Positions 50,393 to 59,527 of a DNA stretch of 64,000 bases are shown in pieces (the first letter of the stretch is position 1; each line of letters begins with the position of its first letter). The translations under genes were made by a program, and so were the position numbers. The stretch is from Candidatus Altiarchaeota archaeon. GTDB taxonomy: Archaea; Altiarchaeota; Altiarchaeia; IMC4; SCGC-AAA252-I15. The notes below the pieces were generated by a model, which saw nothing but the letters and a program-made list of their open reading frames with translations, was not told the DNA's origin and did not search any database. The stretch is taken from contig JAZDMS010000040.1 in assembly GCA_043800705.1 (NCBI GenBank), positions 1 through 64,000 on the forward strand, read 5' to 3'.

Positions 50393-52192
50393 CTAGCACC
50401 TGACGTTCCTGACGGCGAGCTGGTGCGCTTTTACGTAGTTCTTGATGAGCATCTTCCAGTCGGCGAGGCCTGCGAGCTCCTTCGCGTTCATCCTTCGGCG
50501 TGTGAGTTCCTTCTTCTCCAGGCCTATTATATCGTACATCTTGTTGTAGAGTTCGTCTACTACTTTGTCGTATTCTATGCCGTCGAGCTTGAGGACCTGG
50601 ATTCCGTCTCCTTTGCCGTCGATGAACTGGCCGAATCCTGCGAGGTCGGTCGTGATGGCGAGCGTCCCCTGCGCCGCGGTCTCAAGGGGAGTGTATCCCC
50701 ATGGCTCGTAGTAGGATGGGAATACGCCGACGTCGCATGTGAGGGTGCCGGGGTTGTAGTCCAGGGATATGAGCCTGTCCGCCGACGAGAGGTAGGCGGG
50801 GTAGAATATGACCTTGACCTTGTCTTCCTCCCTGTTAAGAAGCTCGTTGCGGCGGAATGCCTGGATTATGCTGTCGCTGTCCAGGCTGTAGTTGAGTTCG
50901 AACGCGCACAGGGGCGCGCTCCCCCCCTTCTTCTCCGCGAAGTGGGCGGTCAGCTTCCTTATCAGCGTCAGGAATTCCTCGCTGAAGACGTTGCCGTCGG
51001 GCTTCTGCCCCTTGATGATAAGCTCCAGCAGGTTGTCCTTTATCTCGGGGAGGCTTCCGTCGATCTGGTCGTGGATCTCCTCATAGAGGGCCTTGTTCTT
51101 CAGGACCTGCATTTCCTCGCCCCTGGTGTCGGTGGGGACGAATATGAACGCTACTACGTGCTTCTTGGAGTTTTCGGCCTTCAGTTTCTTGTTCAGCTTG
51201 CCAAGGGCGTCTATGTAGACGTCGATGCCCTTGTTGTGGTACTCGTATCTGCCTGAGAGGAACATGCTGCGGATGTTCATCAGGTCCATGTAGTAGTATC
51301 TGCAGAAGTACGAGATGAGGAATTCCCTCATCCTGATCCTGTATTTGTGCCTCATGACGGCGAGCTCCTCCATCTCCGGGAACTTGCTCGTGTCCAGGCC
51401 GTTGAAAAGGAGGACTTCGGGCTTCTTGCCGAGGATGTAGGCTGCCTCCCTGCCCGTTATCTCGCTGACTGTGGTGAAGACGTCTGCGCTCTTGACGCAG
51501 GCGACCTCTGTCGAGTGCTTGTCCTCGCACCTGTACTGCCTTGCAAGCTCGATCGTTGCGGATTCCTTCTTCCTCAGCCCTTCGTTGACCATCCCGTAAA
51601 GGTCGTGGCCGGAGCCGCTTATGTTTCTGCCGAGCATGGTGGCGTGGGTCGTGAACACGGTCCCGACCGGAATCTTGTTCTTGTGTATGTGGAGTATCGC
51701 GAAGCCGGAGAGCCACTCGTGGAAATGGCCCACGACGCCGCTGCCCTTGTATGGGGCCTCCTTCATCAGCTCCTCGATGAGCCTGCCGACGGCGGTCGAC
51801 CAGAGAAGGGGGTCGTTGAACCATGCGTCGCTGCGTATGGAGTCGATCTCGTAATCTTCCCAGAGGTGCTTCTTGAGGTCGTTGACGTTGGCCTGATATC
51901 CGCGGACGTCGAGCAATATCACATGCGGCCTGCCGGCGGTCAGCCAGGTCCCAAAATGGCATTTGATGCCTTCGGATTCAAGCCTCTTAAAGGCCTTGGC
52001 GAGGCCTGCCGGCGGCTGGGATTCGTCGAATTCCAGCCTTGATTTGGCTAGGTCGTAGTATCCGACGGCACAGTATCCTTCGCCGTACTCTTCGACCATG
52101 CGTGCGGCCTTCGACTTTATGACGGTGTATATTCCCCCTACTTTGTTGCAGACTTCGTAGGAGGCCTCGAAGACGTAATCTACCCCCTTCAT
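50393..52192 (-). CDS. GT3 glycogen synthase
   Basis: FEASYEVCNKVGGIYTV, HFHEW, FTTHATMLGR, SGRYEY.NKG.D, FPSYYEPWGYTPLE; start may lie slightly upstream. Confidence 0.9.
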   Translation of the reverse strand: MKGVDYVFEASYEVCNKVGGIYTVIKSKAARMVEEYGEGYCAVGYYDLAKSRLEFDESQPPAGLAKAFKRLESEGIKCHFGTWLTAGRPHVILLDVRGYQANVNDLKKHLWEDYEIDSIRSDAWFNDPLLWSTAVGRLIEELMKEAPYKGSGVVGHFHEWLSGFAILHIHKNKIPVGTVFTTHATMLGRNISGSGHDLYGMVNEGLRKKESATIELARQYRCEDKHSTEVACVKSADVFTTVSEITGREAAYILGKKPEVLLFNGLDTSKFPEMEELAVMRHKYRIRMREFLISYFCRYYYMDLMNIRSMFLSGRYEYHNKGIDVYIDALGKLNKKLKAENSKKHVVAFIFVPTDTRGEEMQVLKNKALYEEIHDQIDGSLPEIKDNLLELIIKGQKPDGNVFSEEFLTLIRKLTAHFAEKKGGSAPLCAFELNYSLDSDSIIQAFRRNELLNREEDKVKVIFYPAYLSSADRLISLDYNPGTLTCDVGVFPSYYEPWGYTPLETAAQGTLAITTDLAGFGQFIDGKGDGIQVLKLDGIEYDKVVDELYNKMYDIIGLEKKELTRRRMNAKELAGLADWKMLIKNYVKAHQLAVRNVRC

Positions 52193-52251
52193 AGGATATA
52201 GCATTACCTCGTGGAGCTTATATACTAGCTTTTTTATATTCATTCTTTGTC

Positions 52252-52860
52252 ATGGACGACTTCATGAAGAGGAACCGCAGGTTCAGGGACGGATTCGAGG
52301 ATTTCATGGGCGACGACTTCTTCGCCGAGTTCGAGGGGGAGTTCCGGAGGATGCAGGATCACATGAGCCACCTCTTCGACGAGGCGCTGAGGAACAACGA
52401 GACGGACCATGTCAGGAGGTACGTCTACGGCTTCACGATGCATACCGGCCCCGACGGGAAGCCGGTCCTGGAGGAGTTCGGCAACGTCCCCAGGCACGGC
52501 GAGGACCAGATACCCGGCGAGAGGGAGCCGATGGTCGACGTCATAGACGGCAGGGACGAGGTCACCGTCATCGCGGAGCTGCCCGGAGTCGACAAGAAGA
52601 ACATAGACCTTAAGTCGGACGAGACGTCGCTGACGATATCAGTCCGCGACCACGCCCGAAGGTACCACAAGGTCCTGGATATGCCGGGGGAGGTCGACCC
52701 CGAATCAATAAAGGCCCAGTACAAGAACGGCATACTCGAAGTCAAGCTGAAGAAGGCCAGGAAGAAGAACGGATCCAAGAGGATAAAGAACGGCATACTC
52801 GAAGTCAAGCTGAAGAAGGCCAGGAAGAAGAACGGAACCAAGAGGATAAAGGTCGAATAG
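52252..52860 (+). CDS. hsp20: Archaeal small heat shock protein Hsp20 with duplicated C-terminus
   Basis: YGF....GPDGKP..EEFGNV, REPMVDV, AELPGV, AQYKNGILEV. Confidence 0.92.
   Translation: MDDFMKRNRRFRDGFEDFMGDDFFAEFEGEFRRMQDHMSHLFDEALRNNETDHVRRYVYGFTMHTGPDGKPVLEEFGNVPRHGEDQIPGEREPMVDVIDGRDEVTVIAELPGVDKKNIDLKSDETSLTISVRDHARRYHKVLDMPGEVDPESIKAQYKNGILEVKLKKARKKNGSKRIKNGILEVKLKKARKKNGTKRIKVE
52723..52848 (+). repeat. In-frame 63-bp tandem duplication within hsp20
   Basis: 52723-52785 vs 52786-52848, one mismatch (TCC/ACC). Confidence 0.95.
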
Positions 52861-52890
52861 GGTTTAAAGCCCCGTTGTGTATATTGTTCC

Positions 52891-53321
52891 ATGTCCAAGC
52901 TGACGGGAACCGTCGAGGACAAAGGCGGCGGGGCCTGGGTCTGGGTCGCGGCAGCGGCCGCAGTATCGTTAATTTTCCTGGTGTCAGGGGGGGTAGTGGC
53001 TGCGTGGTATCTTGTTTCCACGAGCACCACGACCACGTCCTCGAGCACAACGACCTCCTCCTCCGCGTCGACGTCGTCCACGACGTCACGACCTGGTCGA
53101 CCACCACCACCTCAGTGACGACAACGTCGACCAGCACCACGTTGGCGCCGATAGAACTGGCTACAACGTCGACCATCTCCCTGAAGTGCGGCGGCCTCTA
53201 TCAGCGGGCCTGCCAGGGCGGAAAATGCAGCCACGGGCTCGCCCCCGGCGCCAACAACCTCTGCAGACCCTCTAAAAGCGCATCAAAAGGGCCTAACCCG
53301 TTCCTGGACAAGTGGACGTAA
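52891..53321 (+). pseudogene. TM + Thr-rich + Cys-rich surface protein split by a 1-nt frameshift near 53087
   Basis: MSKLTG..TM..STSSTTS in one frame continues as TTWSTTTT..CGGLYQRAC..C..C in another. Confidence 0.7.
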
Positions 53322-53324
53322 TTG

Positions 53325-53446
53325 CAGTCACCTGTCTACGGTCTTGGGTCATGTTGGGTGTCTTCGGTTTTCGGTTTTCGGTTTTCCGTTTTCCGTCAAG
53401 ACTGGAAACTGAGAACTGGAAACTGGGGACTGCGGACCGGGGACTA
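53325..53446. repeat. Inverted heptamer-repeat element between convergent genes
   Basis: (CGGTTTT)x3 CCGTTTT-CCGTCAAG-ACTGGAA ACTGAGA ACTGGAA ACTGGGG...; same core as 40939-41037. Confidence 0.85.
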
Positions 53447-54163
53447 TTTTAGTTTCCGCGCTACGGTCAGGAATCCCGTATGTCCGAGCATTCGCGTGTC
53501 AGGGGACATCTTGTCTGCCTTCCAGTCCCTTAGCATGGTCTCAAAGGTCTCATGGAGCCAGGTGGTGCCCAGCACCTCCACCAGTTGCCTGTTCTGGTTG
53601 ATGCTCGGCGAGTATGATACGAGTATCCCCCCGACTTTCAGGGCCCCCTCCAGTTTAGGCACTACGCGCCATGGTTCCGTCAGGTCCAAAAACACGGCGT
53701 CGAGGCCCTTCTCGTCTATCCCGTTGTATGTGTCCCTCAGCTCGAGACGGACGTTCTTGGCGCCGAACCTCTCGAAGTTCTTCTTCGCTATCTGCGCGAA
53801 GTCCTCCCTCAACTCGTAGGTGACTACTGTTTCAGGATGCACGATGTGGCTCAGATAAAGCGTGAAGAGGCCGGAGCCGGTTCCGGACTCGAAGACCCTG
53901 CTGCCTGAGCGGATGCCGGAATAGGCGACTGCGAGGCCCATGTCCTTCAGGGTCATCGCCTGCGGGCCGCGTCGGGCTTTGGAGATGTAATCTAGGATGT
54001 TCGGCTCCAGGACCGCGAATTTTATCCCAGTATTAGATTCCAGCACCGCCCCCGGCTGGGCGGCTGCGATGGCGTCAGCCTTCACGACCCCGTATTTGGT
54101 ATGGAGGTCGTTTCCGTCGTTGACCAGGTACCTGTCGCCTTTGGAGTCTATGAGCAGACGCAT
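53444..54163 (-). CDS. trmI: tRNA (adenine57/58-N1)-methyltransferase
   Basis: HTKYG, RGPQ....KD, ESGTGSG, YELREDF, FLDLTEPW, YSPSINQ, HTGFL. Confidence 0.92.
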   Translation of the reverse strand: MRLLIDSKGDRYLVNDGNDLHTKYGVVKADAIAAAQPGAVLESNTGIKFAVLEPNILDYISKARRGPQAMTLKDMGLAVAYSGIRSGSRVFESGTGSGLFTLYLSHIVHPETVVTYELREDFAQIAKKNFERFGAKNVRLELRDTYNGIDEKGLDAVFLDLTEPWRVVPKLEGALKVGGILVSYSPSINQNRQLVEVLGTTWLHETFETMLRDWKADKMSPDTRMLGHTGFLTVARKLK

Positions 54164-54227
54164 AGTGAGTATTAGCGTACCTGTTATTTTAAAGCTTTTT
54201 TTAACGTAGGTCGCACGATATATTATC

Positions 54228-55172
54228 ATGAGCAGTCAAATGCAGCCTGTAAGCGGCAATGTCCCCCAGCTTTTTGGTACGCAAGATGTCGATGTCTTCG
54301 AGATTTCACAGGGTTCAGCCAAGGCCAGACTCGATCCTCATGGTGCCCTATTGAAAAGCTGGGCCGTCGATGGCAGGGAACTGCTCTTTTCGAGTTCGAT
54401 TCCCACCCACAGGCTTCGCGCCACCCATCCGATCGGCCCCATCTGCGGGAGGGCTTTCGACCCGGTCACAAGGGTTATAGACGACATTGTCACACTCGAA
54501 GGACTGCAGGTCAAACTGCCCCTGCACGGCGGCCTAAGGGAGGCCAATTGGGAGAGGATCGGAGGGGATAAGGAAGGCAGCGCCGCCCTGGCTCTAGACT
54601 ATGAAGCGGGCAAACTCGACAACACGCAATATCCGTATGGGAGCAGATGGAATCAGGTGGTAAGCCTAGACGGGAATAAGCTGACCTGGAGCCTTTCCTT
54701 CACCAGCCTTGCCCAAGGCGTCATAGCCCCGGCAGACATGGGTTGCCACCTCTATCTTCCTCATAGCGAAGGATTGAAGATACACGGCTTGGACGGCCTG
54801 CCCTATAAGAACCTCACCGTCTGGGATGCGCCGGCCGAAGGGACAATCCGCGGGCCTGGCGCCTTCAGCGATAACGTGAACCGTGACTGGCAGATACGGT
54901 TGAAGCCTGAGACGGGAGACCCTGTCAGGGCGGTCGAGATCGAATATCCCCGGGAAAAATACGGCATAAAGATGAGGCTATTGTCCCCCCGGGCAGACAA
55001 CATGATCGTATGGTCCAACCCGACATTGGCGACCCAGATCGGGGGCCCGTTCATCTGCCCCGAGTTCTGGCTTGCAGAACGTAACTCCATCACAAATGGC
55101 ACAGCGGCTAAAGTCGGATCTAATCAGACCGAAACGCTGGCTTTCGAGATGGAATACCTGCCGAAAAAATAA
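54228..55172 (+). CDS. Aldose 1-epimerase / galactose mutarotase-like protein
   Basis: GALLKSW..DGRELL, P..GR, LHGGLR, YPY, G.H.Y, FICPE. Confidence 0.75.
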   Translation: MSSQMQPVSGNVPQLFGTQDVDVFEISQGSAKARLDPHGALLKSWAVDGRELLFSSSIPTHRLRATHPIGPICGRAFDPVTRVIDDIVTLEGLQVKLPLHGGLREANWERIGGDKEGSAALALDYEAGKLDNTQYPYGSRWNQVVSLDGNKLTWSLSFTSLAQGVIAPADMGCHLYLPHSEGLKIHGLDGLPYKNLTVWDAPAEGTIRGPGAFSDNVNRDWQIRLKPETGDPVRAVEIEYPREKYGIKMRLLSPRADNMIVWSNPTLATQIGGPFICPEFWLAERNSITNGTAAKVGSNQTETLAFEMEYLPKK

Positions 55173-55251
55173 AAGACTGTAAGCAGCGCACGATGTTCGT
55201 CCATTGTTCCGCGAACGGAATTAATAAATGCGCGGCCTTAATAACTACCCA

Positions 55252-57465
55252 ATGACCGAAGAATCGTCAGACTATAGCCATTTTGGCGCATATCATAGCA
55301 GGGCCGGCCCCCGGGCGGACGCTTTCCTGCTCACCGGAATCGCTATCATATTCGCGGTCTTTGCGTCTTCTGCGTCGGCGGCGTCGACGAATTCCTCGGG
55401 ATCGAACAGCCTCTTCATACAGATGTGGTCCACCGACCTCGGCGGCGAGATCAACGACCTTAAGCTCGTAGACCTCAACAGCGACGGCTCGGGAGAGGTA
55501 GTCGCGTCCAGCCTCTACACCTCCTCCTTCGGCAAGAGCGGGACCATATTCGGATTGGACGGCCGCGGTCAGCAGGTCTGGAAGTTCCTCGCCGGACTCC
55601 TGGAGGATTCATATACTACCGAGCGGGGTTACACCGTCGTGGGTTCCGGCCCCTACCTCGAGTTCATAGGTCCGAGCGGGCAGGAGGCTTGGAAGCGGGC
55701 GACGAGGGTATCTGCTGCGCAGAGCATTACCGCCCAGAAGGTTTATGCGGCGGACGTCAACGGCGACGGCAAAGACGACGCCCTCGTAGGGACCAGCATG
55801 GGGACGAAGGGGGCATCGCTGACCGTCTGGGACAGCGCAGGCGGCGAATTGGCGACGATTCCCTTTAAAAACCTGGACACTCCGTCCGCCATCGACGTGG
55901 CCGACCTCAGCGGCGACGGCAGGAAGGAGATAATGGTCGGCACCGTCAAATACGCCCCTAACACCATCGGTGGCGTGTATCAGGCCGCGCATTCGAAGCC
56001 TACAGTATTCTCGGTGTTCACCTCTACGGGTGCGCTCCTCTGGTCGGACAACTTCCCGGCATCGGTCACTGCCGTCAAGGCGTGCGACCTGGACGCCGAC
56101 GGCAACCTGGAAGTCCTTGCGGGAAGCCAGGGTAAATTATCCGCTTACTCGGTGCAGGGGAAGAGGATGTGGGATGCGAAGATCGACGGGCAGGCCTACT
56201 CCATCGACTGCGGAAGCCTTGAAGGCAACAAGACCATGGACGTCGTCGTGGGGGCTGGCAACGTTTACGCATTCAACGGCGCGACCGGGAAGCAGCTTTG
56301 GATGTACGGGTCTGGGACCGCGTTAGCGGTCAAGGTCTACGACTTCGGGCAGACAGGGACGGCGGATGTCGTAATAGGCACAAGCAGCGTCCGGGTGGTG
56401 GACTCCGCAGGCCAGATGGTCTACCGCTCCGAGGCCATGGGCCAGGTGACGTCCCTCGGCATCGGAAAGATGGGCAGCCTCCTCGCGATAGTGGCCGGCT
56501 CCAAAGACCACCGGGTAAGGGCCATAGACGCATCCGACTATGCGCAGATAAAGTCGGCAGACTACTACTACAAGCTCGCGGAGGCGGCCTACAAGGGCAG
56601 CGAATACAACCTGACAAGCTATTTCGGGCTACAGGCCAAGGACTACTACGAGCTCGGAGGCAAGGCCGAAGGCAAGGTCAAGGCCGCCGCATTGGTCGAC
56701 AAGGCCATGAAATACTCCAACGGCGACACCTACCGCAACTTCACGTTCTATTACTTCGGCATCGGGGACTATGCACAGGCCATCTCATACGCGGACAAGG
56801 CGACGGAGGAATACAAGAGGGTGGGGGAGACCAGGAAACTCGACGAGCTGGCGGATGTGAAGAAGAAGGCCCAGCTGATCCCGAACGCCGAGCTTTACAT
56901 CAACCAGTCCAGGCGGTTCTTCGATGACGGGATGTACGCAAATGCGAGCGCATCCGCCGCATCCGCGAAGACCGCATACGTCGCCCTCGGAAACGACGCC
57001 CTCGCAAGGGAGGCCTCCGGGATCGCGGAAAAGTCGGCGATCTACATCGAATTCTACCGGCAGCTGGACGCGGCGTTCCGGTATGCAGAAGCCAACGACC
57101 ACGGCAACTCCACGCATCACCTCATCCTCGCAAAGGCCGAATACGACAAGCTCAACGACACGTATCTCCTGCCGCAGTACGAGAACGCGTCGACGATGGC
57201 GGGCTTGATAAAGCGCGACAAGGACGTCGTCGTATACGGCGGAATAGGGGTCGTGGCCCTCATCGTCCTGCTCATAGCCGTGGCCGCCGTCCTCATGATA
57301 GTGTACTTCTTCCAGAAGGGCGGGTTTTCCGCGTTCGGGAAAATGCTGGAAGGCAAGGGCCCCAGGGAAAACAAGTACTCAAGCAGCCCGCAGGACGGTT
57401 CGGGAGGCCTCCGGGAGCTGAGGGGCAAACGCGGGGAAAGCATCGGGGACTCGTTCAAGCGCTAA
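55252..57465 (+). CDS. FG-GAP/PQQ-like beta-propeller + TPR-like helical surface protein with C-terminal TM
   Basis: DLNSDG, DVNGDG, DLSGDG, DLDADG repeats; G..LW motifs; A/Y-rich helical region; TM. Confidence 0.8.
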   Translation: MTEESSDYSHFGAYHSRAGPRADAFLLTGIAIIFAVFASSASAASTNSSGSNSLFIQMWSTDLGGEINDLKLVDLNSDGSGEVVASSLYTSSFGKSGTIFGLDGRGQQVWKFLAGLLEDSYTTERGYTVVGSGPYLEFIGPSGQEAWKRATRVSAAQSITAQKVYAADVNGDGKDDALVGTSMGTKGASLTVWDSAGGELATIPFKNLDTPSAIDVADLSGDGRKEIMVGTVKYAPNTIGGVYQAAHSKPTVFSVFTSTGALLWSDNFPASVTAVKACDLDADGNLEVLAGSQGKLSAYSVQGKRMWDAKIDGQAYSIDCGSLEGNKTMDVVVGAGNVYAFNGATGKQLWMYGSGTALAVKVYDFGQTGTADVVIGTSSVRVVDSAGQMVYRSEAMGQVTSLGIGKMGSLLAIVAGSKDHRVRAIDASDYAQIKSADYYYKLAEAAYKGSEYNLTSYFGLQAKDYYELGGKAEGKVKAAALVDKAMKYSNGDTYRNFTFYYFGIGDYAQAISYADKATEEYKRVGETRKLDELADVKKKAQLIPNAELYINQSRRFFDDGMYANASASAASAKTAYVALGNDALAREASGIAEKSAIYIEFYRQLDAAFRYAEANDHGNSTHHLILAKAEYDKLNDTYLLPQYENASTMAGLIKRDKDVVVYGGIGVVALIVLLIAVAAVLMIVYFFQKGGFSAFGKMLEGKGPRENKYSSSPQDGSGGLRELRGKRGESIGDSFKR

Positions 57466-57499
57466 TATAACCCTAATCCAATTAGCTTAAGGTGATCGT

Positions 57500-57928
57500 A
57501 TGGCTCTGAAGGTAAAACGTGCAGCGAAACAAAAAAAGAAATATTTGAAATCCAAAGCCAAGCTCAAGAAGCCCCCGAAGAAGGCCCGGATAAGCAAGTC
57601 CGACTCCGAGCTGTCCCGCATCGGCCGCGAGCTGAGGCGGGATTCCAGGCCCGCCATGTTCCGCTCCGGGGGCTCAGAGGACAGCACGTCGAAGCTTGTC
57701 AAGCTCGACGCCGAGGCGAGGACCGACAGCATGATGTCATACTACAGGGACATGATGTTCCGCTGCGTCAAATGCGACGGGAAATTCGACCACAAGGCGA
57801 GCCTTCCCCCGCTTGAGTACGAGCTCAAATGCCCCCACTGCAGCGAAGTGCACGTGTTGAAGTTCACGCCCGCATCAAACCTTTTCACCGTCCAGTCGAA
57901 GACCGTCGACGTCATGGAAAATGTATAA
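57500..57928 (+). CDS. Lys-rich N-terminus + Zn-finger protein
   Basis: CVKC..CPHC; very basic N-terminal segment. Confidence 0.7.
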   Translation: MALKVKRAAKQKKKYLKSKAKLKKPPKKARISKSDSELSRIGRELRRDSRPAMFRSGGSEDSTSKLVKLDAEARTDSMMSYYRDMMFRCVKCDGKFDHKASLPPLEYELKCPHCSEVHVLKFTPASNLFTVQSKTVDVMENV

Positions 57929-57931
57929 TTA

Positions 57932-58204
57932 ATGTGTGTGGTGTGGGTTGACCTATTGGAAATCATGTGACTGAAGGGCTTCTTTTTCCTGGTCTTTTTC
58001 GGGGGCGGCCTTGCGGTCGGCCTTTTGCAGAAGGTCTATCGCAGGTTGGCATTCGGGGTGATCTTCCTGGTAATCGCCTATTACCTGGAGGAGATCGCAT
58101 ACGGCCTGTTTTTCCTGGTGAGCACGTTCTTCTCATCCGAGCTCAAGGAAGTATTCGCCCAGCGGAAGATTACGCTTGATGGCCGCAAAAGGATCCGCAT
58201 CTAG
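57932..58204 (+). pseudogene. Small membrane protein ORF interrupted by in-frame TGA (57968-57970)
   Basis: MCVVWVDLLEIM*LKGFFFLVFFGGGLAVG...RKRIRI*; its TAG overlaps the convergent stop in CTAG. Confidence 0.5.
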
Positions 58205-58779
58205 CCGCCACCGGTCGCCAGTATCCTGCCGCGGCTGACCTGCAGGTCAGGTCCGTTTTCGGATTCGATCGCGTATCGCGTGACGATATCGTAGGCCACG
58301 CCCGCTCCTATGAGTTTGGTCGTGTCGCATCCAGATGCGCTGAGGGATATGACCCTGCCGTTGTCGTATCCGATCCTCGCGCATTTTCTCCCAGTCTCGT
58401 TGTTTATGACCTCGATGCCTTCGATGGATATCTCCGTCTCGATAACTTTCAGGAACCTTACCTCCAGCGTCCCCCGGTCGATGTCGGCTTCGGTCCCGAT
58501 CGGCTGCAGTACGTTGAATCCGCTGGCCTTCGTCCCGGAGCGTCCTGCGGAGTCGATTGTTGGGGGCGGTTCTACGTAAATGGTGGTGGTTGTCGGGGCT
58601 GCGGGGATCGGAGCCATCTGATTCTTGGCCGCGAAGCCGGTGGGCGGGTCGATGGGGGATGCCACTTGGATGCCCAGTGCGTATGCGAGGATGAACATGA
58701 TGGCGAAATAGGACAATGTGAACCTGTACGGGACTCTAAGGTTGGAATAGTACGGGAACTTCGGATTCCTTGCAGGCAT
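58201..58779 (-). CDS. Membrane-anchored exported protein (pilin-like C-domain possible)
   Basis: TM, Pro/Thr linker, SGFNVLQPI, Cys pair. Confidence 0.6.
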   Translation of the reverse strand: MPARNPKFPYYSNLRVPYRFTLSYFAIMFILAYALGIQVASPIDPPTGFAAKNQMAPIPAAPTTTTIYVEPPPTIDSAGRSGTKASGFNVLQPIGTEADIDRGTLEVRFLKVIETEISIEGIEVINNETGRKCARIGYDNGRVISLSASGCDTTKLIGAGVAYDIVTRYAIESENGPDLQVSRGRILATGGG

Positions 58780-58867
58780 AAGTTATCCCTGGAAAGACAG
58801 ACATATATACTGTACAATGTTCATTTTGTCTAGGTATCAAAATAGAGTTTCGCGTTTTTTATGAGGC

Positions 58868-59022
58868 CAAATTCGCCGCATCGAATTTGACATACTGCGG
58901 CTTTGAAGCCGCAGCCGATATACTTTTCGAAATATAATGCCAAAATCGCGCGTAACGCATTTTGATGTTACCGAATTCGTCTGGGACGAATTCGTCATAT
59001 CGCACCCTTCAGTGTGTGATAT
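58868..59022. other. Run of six consecutive dissimilar hairpins
   Basis: CAAATTCG/CGAATTTG, CTGCGGCT/AGCCGCAG, weak TATA..TATA, CAAAAT-GCG/CGC-ATTTTG, CGAATTCGTC/GACGAATTCG, ATATCGCAC/GTGTGATAT. Confidence 0.7.
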
Positions 59023-59023
59023 T

Positions 59024-59476
59024 TTATTCAATGAGGGGTCTGGCTGCGCACCTTCTCCACGTAGGCGGATTCTCGAATACTGCGGTGAATCTGCTGCTCT
59101 CCCCCGGTCCAAGGCTTTCCTTCTCTATGAGCCTCATCCCGCCTGCAACCATCGTCCCTGTCTCATCCTGCAATTGGACTGCCAGATAGAACTGTCCGGA
59201 GGAGCCGTTGCCCCTATTGGTCACGTATCCTGCGACCATCGTGTTGTTGTAGTCGTCTTCGTCGCAGCCGGCTATGAAAAGTGTCAGGTCGCGGGCGCCG
59301 GCGTGCGCTGTAATATTCGCAGGCTGGCTCGCATCAGGTAATTTGGTGTCGGCTGTTGTGGATGTCGATGTCGAGGGGAGGGGGGGCAATCCCGGGGCGG
59401 TATTCTGCCCGACCTCGCTGCCCATGCAGCCTGCGATCATCAGGAATGCCAAGAGACACATCGGCATTTTTTCCAT
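59024..59476 (-). CDS. FxLYD-domain-like lipoprotein
   Basis: Lipobox IAGC; V.GYVTNRG, VQLQD..G..V, LGPGES..F. Confidence 0.75.
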   Translation of the reverse strand: MEKMPMCLLAFLMIAGCMGSEVGQNTAPGLPPLPSTSTSTTADTKLPDASQPANITAHAGARDLTLFIAGCDEDDYNNTMVAGYVTNRGNGSSGQFYLAVQLQDETGTMVAGGMRLIEKESLGPGESSRFTAVFENPPTWRRCAARPLIE

Positions 59477-59527
59477 GATTATTACATTTCCCAGCGGATT
59501 TATTAATTGTCATTCATAATCATTTCA

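Noticed and set aside
14664-58204. Stop-codon reassignment suggested by internal TAG, TAA and TGA
   Set aside because: Three different stops are involved, and all three terminate conserved core genes normally.
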